Part shown: positions 1 to 8,046 of the stretch, piece by piece | Layout of the letters: the number at the start of each line of letters is the position of its first letter | Position numbering within the stretch: the stretch's first letter is position 1 | Assembly (NCBI RefSeq): GCF_041929145.1 | Contig: NZ_JBHFNU010000005.1 | Span: 1-20,867 of the forward strand | Direction: 5' to 3' | DNA: 20,867 nucleotides | Source: Aerosakkonema sp. BLCC-F183 | Lineage (GTDB): Bacteria > Cyanobacteriota > Cyanobacteriia > Cyanobacteriales > Aerosakkonemataceae | Made by a program: the position numbers and the translations under genes | The notes under the pieces: model-generated | Databases searched by the model: none | Seen by the model: only the letters and a program-made list of their open reading frames with translations | Told to the model about the DNA's origin: nothing

Positions 1-360
1 GACAGTAATTGCTGTAGAACCGAAACTAACTAGCCAAAATTGTTCTAACTGTGGGTCAAAAGTGGTGAAAACTTTAAGCAACAGAACTCATCAATGTCCT
101 CATTGCAAATATGTTGCTGACCGAGATGAGAATGCAGCAAAGAACATTTTAAAACTCGCTTTAAAACAACTATCAACTACGGTCGGGCAGACCGAAAGTA
201 ACGCCTCTGGAGAGACTGACCTCTGCTTAGTTGAGGAAACTCAACTAAGTAAATCAACTCGCAGAAAGAGGAAGCCCAAAGAGCGATCTTTGGAATCCCC
301 GTACCTTTTAGGTCGGGTCGGATGTCAACTATAGGGGTACTCACCTTGTCAGTGAGTTGG
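1..360 (+). mobile_element. Right-end portion of an IS200/IS605-family element: tnpB 3' end plus subterminal hairpin. The left part lies outside the window.
   Basis: The TnpB C-terminal fragment is followed by the imperfect palindrome ACTCAC-cttgtca-GTGAGT at about 338-356, directly after the tnpB stop. That matches the subterminal hairpins of IS200/IS605 right ends. The exact boundary is not determinable from this window. Confidence 0.55.
2..334 (+). CDS. tnpB: IS200/IS605-family TnpB (OrfB) RNA-guided endonuclease, C-terminal fragment truncated by the window start
   Basis: Frame 2 is open from nt 2. The translation ...TVIAVEPKLTSQNCSNCGSKVVKTLSNRTHQCPHCKYVADRDENAAKNILKLAL carries the CxxC...CxxC zinc finger and the DRDxNAAxNI motif typical of the TnpB/OrfB C-terminus. 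The stop codon is at 332-334 and a hairpin follows. Confidence 0.8.
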   Translation, partial: TVIAVEPKLTSQNCSNCGSKVVKTLSNRTHQCPHCKYVADRDENAAKNILKLALKQLSTTVGQTESNASGETDLCLVEETQLSKSTRRKRKPKERSLESPYLLGRVGCQL

Positions 361-386
361 GGGGTGCAATTCCCTCCCTCGGCTTT

Positions 387-1133
387 TCAACTAGAAATTG
401 TGCCATCCGGCATAATAGTTTTCTGGAAGATAGCGTCTTTGAGATTAGCTTTATTGAGGTTAGCACCTCTGAGATTCGCATAACTGAGATTAGCACCTGC
501 GAGATTAACTTTGCTGAGGTTAGTCCATCTCAGATCCGCTCCTTCCAAGTCAGCTTCGCTCAGGTTAGCCTTAAACAGGTAGACTCCATTGAGATGAGCT
601 TCTCTGAGACTAGCTTTAAAAAGGTCAGCTTTGTAAAGGTAAGCTCCAATTAGGTAAGCTTGGTGCAACTTAGCATTGCTGAGTTTAGCATTACTGAGGT
701 TAGCACCTCTGAGGTTAGCTGCGGCGAGGTTAGTTCCCACCAAGTTAGCATCACCCAGATCGGCTCTTTCCAGGTTAGCTTCTCCCAGGTCAGCACCGAT
801 CAAGTTAGCATAAGCGAAATCTGCTTCCGTCAGGTCAGCTTTCCATAAATTAGTGCCGGTCAAGTTCGCTGCGGTCAGGTTAGCTTCGTTGAGGAGTGCT
901 TCCTGAAGGTTGGCAAGACTGATGTTAGCATTGCTGAGGTTGGCGGTAATCAGTAAAGCTTGGCCGAGATCTGCTTTTCTCAGGTTTACTTTTTCCAAGT
1001 TCGCGCCTCTGAGATTAGCGCCTTGAAGGTTTGCTTCGCTGAGGTCTGGTTCTGTATCCTGATTGGAAGTTCTCCACTTAAGCCATTTCACCGCTCCTTC
1101 TTTAAGTAGGGTAAGATGCTCTATATTTGCCAT
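387..1133 (-). CDS. Pentapeptide-repeat protein
   Basis: The 248-aa ORF is dominated by tandem A(N/D)LxxA(N/D)Lxx pentapeptides (ANLQGANLRGANLEKVNLRKADL...). This family is extremely abundant in cyanobacteria. Confidence 0.9.
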   Translation of the reverse strand: MANIEHLTLLKEGAVKWLKWRTSNQDTEPDLSEANLQGANLRGANLEKVNLRKADLGQALLITANLSNANISLANLQEALLNEANLTAANLTGTNLWKADLTEADFAYANLIGADLGEANLERADLGDANLVGTNLAAANLRGANLSNAKLSNAKLHQAYLIGAYLYKADLFKASLREAHLNGVYLFKANLSEADLEGADLRWTNLSKVNLAGANLSYANLRGANLNKANLKDAIFQKTIMPDGTISS

Positions 1134-1398
1134 CTATCTTGAGTTTCCTTTCCGCGCTCCGGGGTTGCCAAAGAAGACTGTAACCCAATCTTGGTTTGTT
1201 TGAGCAAGTTTTTAGAGCATCTGAGTGGGGGTGAAATCTCCGGGTGTTTGGCCAAAAACTCCGTAACCTTGAAAAATCAATATTTTTAGAGTTCGTAAAG
1301 GAGACCCAAACACCTGCACCCCCGACTTCAAGCAAAGCGCGATCGAGTTTCATTTAAATTAATCCCCGCTAGGGGAGTAAAAATTGCAGGAATAATTT

Positions 1399-1638
1399 AT
1401 GTTAGGTTTCGATCGAATTACATTCAATCCGCGCATCATGGCAGGGCAAGCTTGTATTCGAGGAATGCGAGTTCCGGTTTCATTGATTTTGAATTTGGTG
1501 GCGAATGGAAAAACTGTAGCAGAGATTATAGAAGATTATCCATACTTGGAACCGGAAGATATTCAGCAATCATTGATGTATGCGGCATGGTTAGCCCGCG
1601 AGCAGGTTTTTCCCACAGTCTATGAGAAAGTAGGATGA
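1399..1638 (+). CDS. DUF433-family small protein, putative antitoxin partner
   Basis: The 79-aa product ...RIMAGQACIRGMRVPVSLILNLVANGKTVAEIIEDYPYLEPEDIQ matches the conserved DUF433 core. It overlaps the next gene by 4 nt (ATGA). Confidence 0.7.
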   Translation: MLGFDRITFNPRIMAGQACIRGMRVPVSLILNLVANGKTVAEIIEDYPYLEPEDIQQSLMYAAWLAREQVFPTVYEKVG

Positions 1639-1997
1639 AATTTTTAGCGGATATGGGTATATCACCGCGCACAGTCAATTGGCTAAGATCTGTTGGCTAC
1701 GATGCACTACATTTAGTTGACGAAGGTTTGGCAGAATTACCCGATGATGAAATTCTGACAAAGGCTCGTGCTGAAGGACGGATACTCCTAACGGTAGATT
1801 TAGATTTTGGTTATCTGTTAGCGGTCAGTGGGGAACAATTGCCGAGTGTAATTCTGTTTCGGCTGGGTAATGAGAGTTATGAAATAATTAATGAACGTTT
1901 GGCACAGGTGCTGAATAGATTTGAGGAGGATTTGGCAGCAGGAGCAATTATTTCTGTTAAGGATGAAGCTTTCCGGGTGAGGCGATTGCCAATATAA
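1635..1997 (+). CDS. DUF5615-family (PIN-like/Mut7-C-like) protein, putative toxin partner of DUF433
   Basis: The 120-aa product MKFLADMGISPRTVNWLRSVGYDALHL...ILLTVDLDFG fits the DUF5615 pattern. It is translationally coupled to the upstream DUF433 gene. Confidence 0.7.
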   Translation: MKFLADMGISPRTVNWLRSVGYDALHLVDEGLAELPDDEILTKARAEGRILLTVDLDFGYLLAVSGEQLPSVILFRLGNESYEIINERLAQVLNRFEEDLAAGAIISVKDEAFRVRRLPI

Positions 1998-2035
1998 GCA
2001 CAGTCGTCCCAGCTGAACAAGAATAGATTGGCAGA

Positions 2036-2175
2036 GTGGGGGAGCGGGAGAGCGGGGGAGTGGGGGAGCGGAAGAATTAATATTTTCCCTTTTCCCTCTT
2101 CCTTTTCCCTCTCCCTAACCCCTCTTCCCTAACCCCTCTTCCCTAACCCCTCTTCCCTAACCCCTAACCCCTAAC
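2036..2175. repeat. G-run block followed by a C-run heptamer tandem array, (CCCTAAC/CCCTCTT)n ending in (CCCCTAA)3, between convergent genes
   Basis: gggggagcgggagagcgggggagtgggggagcgg lies at about 2037-2064. It is followed by ttttccctcttccttttccctctccc, then three copies of the 14-mer CCCTAACCCCTCTT, then (CCCCTAA)x3 up to 2172. The two halves are partly complementary. This is STRR-like heptamer periodicity. Confidence 0.8.
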
Positions 2176-2177
2176 CC

Positions 2178-3668
2178 CTATTTCAAAACCCAATTCACGA
2201 GAGTGCGAACACCGTAACCGGTAGCACCAACGTTGTTGTAGCCGTTTTCCTTGTCTGTCCAAACTGGGCCGGCAATGTCCAAGTGTACCCAAGGGGTTTC
2301 TTTGACAAATTGCTTGAGGAACAAGGCAGCGGTGATGGAACCGCCGGGACGGGGGCCGGTATTTTTCATATCGGCAATTTGGGATTTTAAACCATCAAAG
2401 TATTTCTCTTCCAGAGGCATCCGCCATAGCTTTTCGCCAGCAAGTTCGGCAGATTCAATAATCTCGTTGGCGACGGTATCGTTCGGACTCCACAAACCGG
2501 CAATATCATCGCCTAAAGCGATGACGCACGCACCGGTGAGTGTGGCTAAGTCGATCATGGCATCAACGCCGAGTTTTTCGGCAAACACCAAAGCATCTGC
2601 CAGAGTCAGGCGTCCTTCCGCATCGGTGTTGTTGACTTCGATCGTCTTGCCGTTAGAAGCTTTCAGAACATCGCCTGGGTGCATGGCGCGACCGCCGATC
2701 ATATTCTCGGTAGCTGCGGTGATAAAATGAACTTCCACATCGGGTTTGAGTTGGGCGATCGCTTTTGCCGCACCCAAAGTTGCAGCTGCACCACCCATGT
2801 CTATTTTCATCATCTCGATACCGCTACCGGCAACTTTGATATTCAAACCGCCAGAGTCGAAGGTCAAACCTTTACCGATAATTGCCAATTTGCGGCGCGG
2901 TGTTCCCTCCGGTTTGTAAGTTAAGTGAATAAACTTAGGCGGTAAGTCGGAAGCTTTGGCAACACCCAAAAACGCACCCATCCCCAGCTTTTCGCAATCT
3001 TCTTGTTCCAAGATTTCTGCCGCCAAGCCGAATTCTTGTGCTAGCGCTTCCGCTGTTTGGGCCATTGTCACTGGAGTTACCTCGTTGGCTGGTGCGGCCA
3101 CCAGTTCCCGCGCTAGGATAACACCGGCGCAGATTTGCTTGGCGCGGTTAATTGCGTCTTCTTGACCCTCGAAACCGAGTAAATCGATTTGTTCGAGTTG
3201 CGGCCCTTTGTCTTCCGATTCTGACTTAAAGCGGTTATCTTGGTGCAGGGCCAGTTCTATACCTTCAACGATCGCCCCAGTTGTAGTTGGGGCATCATTA
3301 TTCCACACTGGTAAGCTCAGGCCCAAGGTTTTGCATTTTTCCTTTTTAGCTAACCGAGCTGCTGCTGCTGCCGATCGGCGCAAAGAATTTAACTTCTGCG
3401 TTTCGGCCTTGCCCAGTCCCACCAGTATAATTTTACGGACTGGACTGCCGCTACCGCCAACGCGAGTCGAAGCGCTGCTGCCTTCTTTGCCCTTAAATTC
3501 GGTTTCTGCAATCAAATCTTGCAAAGTACCGCCGAACTTCTCGTTTAACTGCGCTAAATCGCCAGTTAACTCGACGGCATCTTCAAAAAAGCCAATTGCC
3601 AATCCATCCCCCGACCAATCTAAGCGCGGGGTATTTATTGCGCGAAATTCCATTCCCCGTTTCACCAA
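2178..3668 (-). CDS. pepA: Leucyl aminopeptidase (M17 family, cytosol aminopeptidase)
   Basis: The 496-aa product carries the M17 signature [14 protein letters not shown] and the DMGGAAA and KGLTFDSGG motifs. The true start may be the internal Met of MEFRAIN. Confidence 0.9.
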   Translation of the reverse strand: MVKRGMEFRAINTPRLDWSGDGLAIGFFEDAVELTGDLAQLNEKFGGTLQDLIAETEFKGKEGSSASTRVGGSGSPVRKIILVGLGKAETQKLNSLRRSAAAAARLAKKEKCKTLGLSLPVWNNDAPTTTGAIVEGIELALHQDNRFKSESEDKGPQLEQIDLLGFEGQEDAINRAKQICAGVILARELVAAPANEVTPVTMAQTAEALAQEFGLAAEILEQEDCEKLGMGAFLGVAKASDLPPKFIHLTYKPEGTPRRKLAIIGKGLTFDSGGLNIKVAGSGIEMMKIDMGGAAATLGAAKAIAQLKPDVEVHFITAATENMIGGRAMHPGDVLKASNGKTIEVNNTDAEGRLTLADALVFAEKLGVDAMIDLATLTGACVIALGDDIAGLWSPNDTVANEIIESAELAGEKLWRMPLEEKYFDGLKSQIADMKNTGPRPGGSITAALFLKQFVKETPWVHLDIAGPVWTDKENGYNNVGATGYGVRTLVNWVLK

Positions 3669-4124
3669 TTCACCAATTTAAGTACTTGTACCAGTATCGA
3701 TCAATATTGGCGAACTGCCCTACCCCAAGCATCCGAGATACGTTAAACTAGCTCCCATCTTATGTTTTTTAACAGCTGCGGTTAAAACTTTTAACCAAGC
3801 CCAATCACTTATTGTCATCTTCCGAAGGAGATATATATTGGGTCAATCTGGGATGCAGTTGACTGGATTCCTACAAACCCAAACTCGGTAAAAAGTTGTA
3901 GCTTCCCCAGACAAAAGGCAAACTTAATGATGTGTCAATACTGTTAGGTTAAGACTCGCTCGCCCCTAGCCTTCCTTGACAAGGGAGGTTGCGGTGCAGT
4001 CCATGAAGTAAATCAAACGCTACCAACACAGTATTGAAGAATAAGTTACTCACAGCAGGCACAACTAGCTATGTGTCTGTTCTTGTCAAATCGAGCTTCT
4101 GTAATCGTTGGGCGGTGAGAAGTG

Positions 4125-6311
4125 ATGCAAAAAGTAATGAAAAATCCAATTCCCTTAGCTGTTGGTGCGGGGCTATCGGTTTTGTTGATTGGAAGTACGT
4201 TGTTATTAATGAGATGGAGCGATGGGGAACAGGCTGCGCCCGAAGCTACTGAAGTGCAGGGTGAGCTAAGTTCTCAGTCAAAAGAAAAGCCGAAGTCCGC
4301 AACATTGCCACTGGTAACACTTTCACCGACTCAACGGGCAAGCGATCTGGAAAAGATCGCCTCCGGAGGAAAATCGCTCGATCGCCATCGCGCCCGGTAT
4401 GTGCTGGCTAGCGACCTAATTCAACAGAATCGCGGGCAAAAGGCGATCGCCTGGTTGGAGGGATTGGAACAAGATTATCCCCTATTAGCGCCACATATAA
4501 TCGCAAAACGCGCCCAAGCTTATGAAGTGAGCGGCGATAAAGCCAAAGCAAACGCAACTTGGCAAGAAGTGCTGCAAAAGTATCCGCAAAGTGCGGTAGC
4601 GGCAGAGGCGCTGTTTGCTTTGGGACGCACCGATCCGCAATACTGGGATAAGGCGATCGCATCTTTTCCCGATCACCCCCGCACCGCTGAAATCGCCTGG
4701 ACTCGCCTCAAGCAAAATCCCGATCGACTACCCTTACTACGGCTGTTAGTGAAGCACGACCCCGACAGCAAGCAAATCAACACCGTTTTAGAAGCCCTGC
4801 AAAACAAGTATGCCGCTCAGTTAAAGCCGGAAGATTGGGAAGCAATAGCCTACATATACTGGGATAGGTTTGATTTCGATAAAGCCGGACAAGCTTATGC
4901 CAAAGCTACCCGCACGCCCCTCAATCTCTACCGCGCCGGTCGGGGACGCCAACTGCGCGGTAAAAGAACAGAAGCTGTATTAGCTTATCAGCAGTTGCTC
5001 AAGGAGTTCCCCGAAGCGAAGGAAACTGGTTTGGCGGCGGTACGCTTAGGGCAGTTACTTTTGTCACCAGCTGCTTTACCGTATCTGGACATGGCAATTA
5101 ACCGATTTCCAGAAAAAGCCGGTGAAGCGCTTTTACTCAAAGCCAAAATTCTCGACGGTACGGGAAGCGCCAAGTCAGCATCGCAAGCTCGTCAGTTGGC
5201 GCTGAGCAAATATGCAGATTCGGAAGCAGTGGCTGAATATCGTTGGAACGTAGCCAAAGGTAGAGCCAATGTGGGAGATTTAATGGGGGCTTGGCAATGG
5301 GCTCAACCGATTACTAAGCACAATCCCGATAGCGAATTTGCACCCAAAGCGGCTTTTTGGGTGGGGAAATGGGCGACTAGATTGGGGCGTCAACAGGATG
5401 CCAAAGCTTCTTTTGAATATGTGTTGAAAAACTATCCAGAATCTTACTATGCTTGGCGATCGGCTGGCATACTCGGTTTGAATGTGGGCACTTTCAACAC
5501 CGTGCGCGATATGATGCCCCAAGTTGTGAAAGCCTCGGAAAAACCCTTGTTGCCAGCTGGTTCTGAAGTTATGAAAGAACTATACCAACTCGGGCAAAAG
5601 CGCGATGCTTGGGCGATGTGGCAAACAGAATTTCATAACCGCATCCAGCCAACGGTAAAAGAACAATTCACCGATGGGGTTCTGCGCTTGGGAATCGGAG
5701 AAAATATCAAGGGAATTACGCAGGTGGAGGGTGTGAGCTGGTGGCGGGATACGCCTGCGGAGAAAGCTGAAATATCTGCTCTCAAGCAAGATATGGCATA
5801 TTGGCACGCCCTCTATCCATTTCCATTTATGGAATATATCGAAACTTGGTCGCAAGAACGCAAGCTCAATCCGTTACTCGTAACAGCCCTCATCCGCCAA
5901 GAATCTCGCTTTGAACCTACCATCCGTTCCATTGCCGGTGCTGTTGGTTTGATGCAGGTAATGCCCAGTACAGGTGCCTGGATCGCTCAAGCAACAAACA
6001 TTAAAAGTTATGCTTTAGATAATCCCAACGATAACATCAAATTTGGCACTTGGTATCTGGATCATACCCATGAGACATACAACAATAATTCTCTGTTTGC
6101 TGTCGCCAGTTATAATGCTGGGCCAGGGAATGTGTCAAAATGGATATCGCAGTTTGGTTTGACCGATCCGGATGAATTTGTGGAAGCCGTTCCCTTTCCA
6201 GAAACTCAAGGTTATATCAAACACGTGTTTGAAAATTATTGGAACTATCTGCGGCTGTACAATCCCCAAATGTCTGAAATATTATCCCATTACAAACGCA
6301 CGAAAAATTAA
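4125..6311 (+). CDS. slt: Soluble lytic murein transglycosylase (Slt70-like) with an N-terminal membrane anchor or signal, a superhelical repeat region and a C-terminal SLT domain
   Basis: The C-terminus ...LIRQESRFEPTIRSIAGAVGLMQVMPSTGAW...AVASYNAGPGNV is the classic SLT catalytic motif set (ES...GLMQ...AYNAG). The N-terminus MKNPIPLAVGAGLSVLLIGSTLLLM is hydrophobic. The long alpha-helical region matches the Slt70 superhelix. Possible starts are GTG 4122, ATG 4125 and ATG 4137. Confidence 0.8.
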   Translation: MQKVMKNPIPLAVGAGLSVLLIGSTLLLMRWSDGEQAAPEATEVQGELSSQSKEKPKSATLPLVTLSPTQRASDLEKIASGGKSLDRHRARYVLASDLIQQNRGQKAIAWLEGLEQDYPLLAPHIIAKRAQAYEVSGDKAKANATWQEVLQKYPQSAVAAEALFALGRTDPQYWDKAIASFPDHPRTAEIAWTRLKQNPDRLPLLRLLVKHDPDSKQINTVLEALQNKYAAQLKPEDWEAIAYIYWDRFDFDKAGQAYAKATRTPLNLYRAGRGRQLRGKRTEAVLAYQQLLKEFPEAKETGLAAVRLGQLLLSPAALPYLDMAINRFPEKAGEALLLKAKILDGTGSAKSASQARQLALSKYADSEAVAEYRWNVAKGRANVGDLMGAWQWAQPITKHNPDSEFAPKAAFWVGKWATRLGRQQDAKASFEYVLKNYPESYYAWRSAGILGLNVGTFNTVRDMMPQVVKASEKPLLPAGSEVMKELYQLGQKRDAWAMWQTEFHNRIQPTVKEQFTDGVLRLGIGENIKGITQVEGVSWWRDTPAEKAEISALKQDMAYWHALYPFPFMEYIETWSQERKLNPLLVTALIRQESRFEPTIRSIAGAVGLMQVMPSTGAWIAQATNIKSYALDNPNDNIKFGTWYLDHTHETYNNNSLFAVASYNAGPGNVSKWISQFGLTDPDEFVEAVPFPETQGYIKHVFENYWNYLRLYNPQMSEILSHYKRTKN

Positions 6312-6320
6312 CAGTGGAGG

Positions 6321-6355
6321 AGTCAAAAGTCAAAAGTCAAAAGTCAAAAGTCAAA
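6321..6355. repeat. (AGTCAAA)5 perfect heptamer tandem repeat, STRR-like
   Basis: agtcaaa repeats five times with no mismatch, directly downstream of the slt stop. Confidence 0.9.
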
Positions 6356-6390
6356 CATTCAAATTTCCTCCCTCTCCCTCTTCCCTTTTC

Positions 6391-6428
6391 CCGGACGCCC
6401 GACGCCCGACGCCCGACGCCCGACGCCC
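6391..6428. repeat. (CCCGACG)5 heptamer tandem repeat preceded by a CT-rich cctctccctcttcccttttccc tract
   Basis: ccggacg is followed by four copies of cccgacg and then ccc. The CT-rich tract at 6366-6392 shares the TCCCTCTCCC motif with the repeat block at 2077-2110. Confidence 0.9.
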
Positions 6429-6471
6429 TAAAGTCAGATACAATAATTAACAAACTGACTGAAGTTGACCC

Positions 6472-7272
6472 ATGACGCCTCCTTCGGAACTAGATACCAG
6501 CACCGAGCCATCTTTTGCAGACGCTGAAAACGAGAACGACAATACAAAAGACGAATTTCTCGACGAACTCCCCGGAGAGGTCGAGATGTCCTTGTTCGAC
6601 CACTTGGAGGAGTTGCGCCAGCGCATTTTTTACTCGTTAATTGTTGTCGTGCTATCAATATCAGGTTGCTTCTTTTTTGTCAAGCCGATCGTACAACTTT
6701 TGGAAAAACCTGCACGGGGAGTAAAGTTTGTTCAGCTCGCTCCGGGGGAGTTCTTTTTTGTGTCCCTAAAAGTGGCGGGATATAGCGGCTTACTGTTAGC
6801 CAGTCCGTTTATCCTCTACCAAATTATTATGTTTGTTTTGCCGGGATTGACCCGTCGGGAACGCCGCTTGCTGGGGCCAGTGGTGATTGGGTCGAGTTTT
6901 CTATTTTTTGGTGGATTGGCTTTTGCCTATATAGCCTTGATTCCGGCTGCGCTCAATTTCCTCATCAGTTATGGTGCGGATGTGGTCGAGCAATTGTTTT
7001 CGATCGATCGCTATTTTGAATTTGTTTTGCTGCTTTTATTCTGTACTGGCTTAGTTTTTCAAATTCCCATTATTCAAATTATCATCGGCTTTTTGGGAAT
7101 TATCTCTTCCAAACAAATGCTTGCGGCTTGGCGATACGTTTTAATGGGATCGGCAATTTTGGGAGCGGTGCTGACGCCTTCCACTGACCCGGTGACGCAA
7201 ACTATTTTAGCAGGCGCGGTGCTGGGTTTGTACTTATTTGGAACTGGTTTGGTCGTTCTGTTGGGTAAATAG
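6472..7272 (+). CDS. tatC: Twin-arginine translocase subunit TatC
   Basis: [19 protein letters not shown]... matches the conserved TatC N-terminus, followed by six predicted TM segments. An alternative start is ATG 6586 (MSLFDH...), preceded by GGAGAGG 5 nt upstream. The annotated 6472 start adds an acidic 38-aa extension. Confidence 0.88.
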   Translation: MTPPSELDTSTEPSFADAENENDNTKDEFLDELPGEVEMSLFDHLEELRQRIFYSLIVVVLSISGCFFFVKPIVQLLEKPARGVKFVQLAPGEFFFVSLKVAGYSGLLLASPFILYQIIMFVLPGLTRRERRLLGPVVIGSSFLFFGGLAFAYIALIPAALNFLISYGADVVEQLFSIDRYFEFVLLLLFCTGLVFQIPIIQIIIGFLGIISSKQMLAAWRYVLMGSAILGAVLTPSTDPVTQTILAGAVLGLYLFGTGLVVLLGK

Positions 7273-7356
7273 TCGCAAAGGAAACCGCCAGGGAGTTAAT
7301 TCCTTGGCTAATAGCTGATTTTTAAGAAAGAAAACACAATTAATGGTAGAACTACT

Positions 7357-7566
7357 ATGACATCACAACCATTAGAGTTAGAGGGAACCTGGGAAGAAAT
7401 TGTTGCCCAATCAGAAAAACTGACCGGACGTCGCGTTCGCGTTATTGTTCTTGCTGAAGAAGAGTTGAAGTCCGCAGAAGAAAGTTTTCGGCAGGGATGG
7501 TATGAAGCCATGACAGGGCAAACAATACCTCTTTCGGAATTATGGGAAGGGATTGATGCCGAATAA
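7357..7566 (+). CDS. Small protein, putative antitoxin partner of the downstream RelE/ParE-like toxin
   Basis: The 69-aa acidic product overlaps the toxin gene start by 14 nt. I recognise no family signature, so the assignment rests on context only. Confidence 0.4.
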   Translation: MTSQPLELEGTWEEIVAQSEKLTGRRVRVIVLAEEELKSAEESFRQGWYEAMTGQTIPLSELWEGIDAE

Positions 7567-7981
7567 TCTTCCTTCAATAGAAGTTAAACCAACGCTTGAG
7601 TTTAAGAGTGACTTACGCGCCCTATCCAAAAAGTACCGCCATATTAAATCTGATATTCAGCCAGTTATTGAACGACTACAAACTGGGGAATTACTTGGGG
7701 ATCGGATACCTGGGATAGGTTATGAGGTATTTAAGGCGCGAGTCAGAAACAGCGATATCAAAAAGGGTAAAAGCGGTGGCTATAGACTGATATACTATAT
7801 TCAAAACCGCACAAGCATCATTTTGATCAGTATTTATTCAAAATCTGAGCAATCCGATATTGCCGCAGAGAAAATTCGACGGATCGTGACTGAGTTTAAT
7901 GAGCTTAGTCTCGGCGGAGACTTCAGTCAAGATCGAGAAGAAATGCAAGATGAGAATAATGGCGATCGTCCCAGCGATTAA
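7553..7981 (+). CDS. RelE/ParE-family type II toxin (addiction-module killer-like)
   Basis: The 142-aa product ...IEVKPTLEFKSDLRALSKKYRHIKSDIQPVIERLQTGELLGDRIPGIGYEVFKARVRNSDIKKGKSGGYRLIYYIQNRTSIILISIYSKSEQSDI follows the RelE/ParE layout of a helical N-terminus, then G-YRLIY, then a beta-strand ending in Y-K-S/E. It overlaps the upstream small ORF. Confidence 0.65.
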   Translation: MMPNNLPSIEVKPTLEFKSDLRALSKKYRHIKSDIQPVIERLQTGELLGDRIPGIGYEVFKARVRNSDIKKGKSGGYRLIYYIQNRTSIILISIYSKSEQSDIAAEKIRRIVTEFNELSLGGDFSQDREEMQDENNGDRPSD

Positions 7982-8046
7982 AATTTAGGGTTAAAGAGGC
8001 TAAAGTCGCCGACAAGCATAAAAAGCGATCGCCACCTCCCAAAACT

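Noticed and set aside
357-848. Plus-strand ORFs 357..653 and 660..848, with repetitive EVS/QVS products
   Set aside because: They are antisense reading frames of the pentapeptide-repeat gene. The periodic nucleotide repeat keeps the opposite strand open. Their low-complexity products have no start context and overlap a well-supported gene entirely.
1102-1353. 83-aa minus-strand ORF overlapping the start of the pentapeptide-repeat gene
   Set aside because: It has no recognisable motif, overlaps the better-supported gene start, and lies in a likely promoter region.
2251-3681. Several plus-strand ORFs of 69-159 aa inside pepA
   Set aside because: All are antisense to a high-confidence M17 aminopeptidase gene. 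Their products are Ala/Ser/Pro-rich, which is typical of GC-rich antisense frames.
2036-6428. Possibility that the tandem repeats are CRISPR arrays
   Set aside because: The units are 7-14 nt with no unique spacers, far too short for CRISPR. They are STRR-type microsatellite-like repeats.
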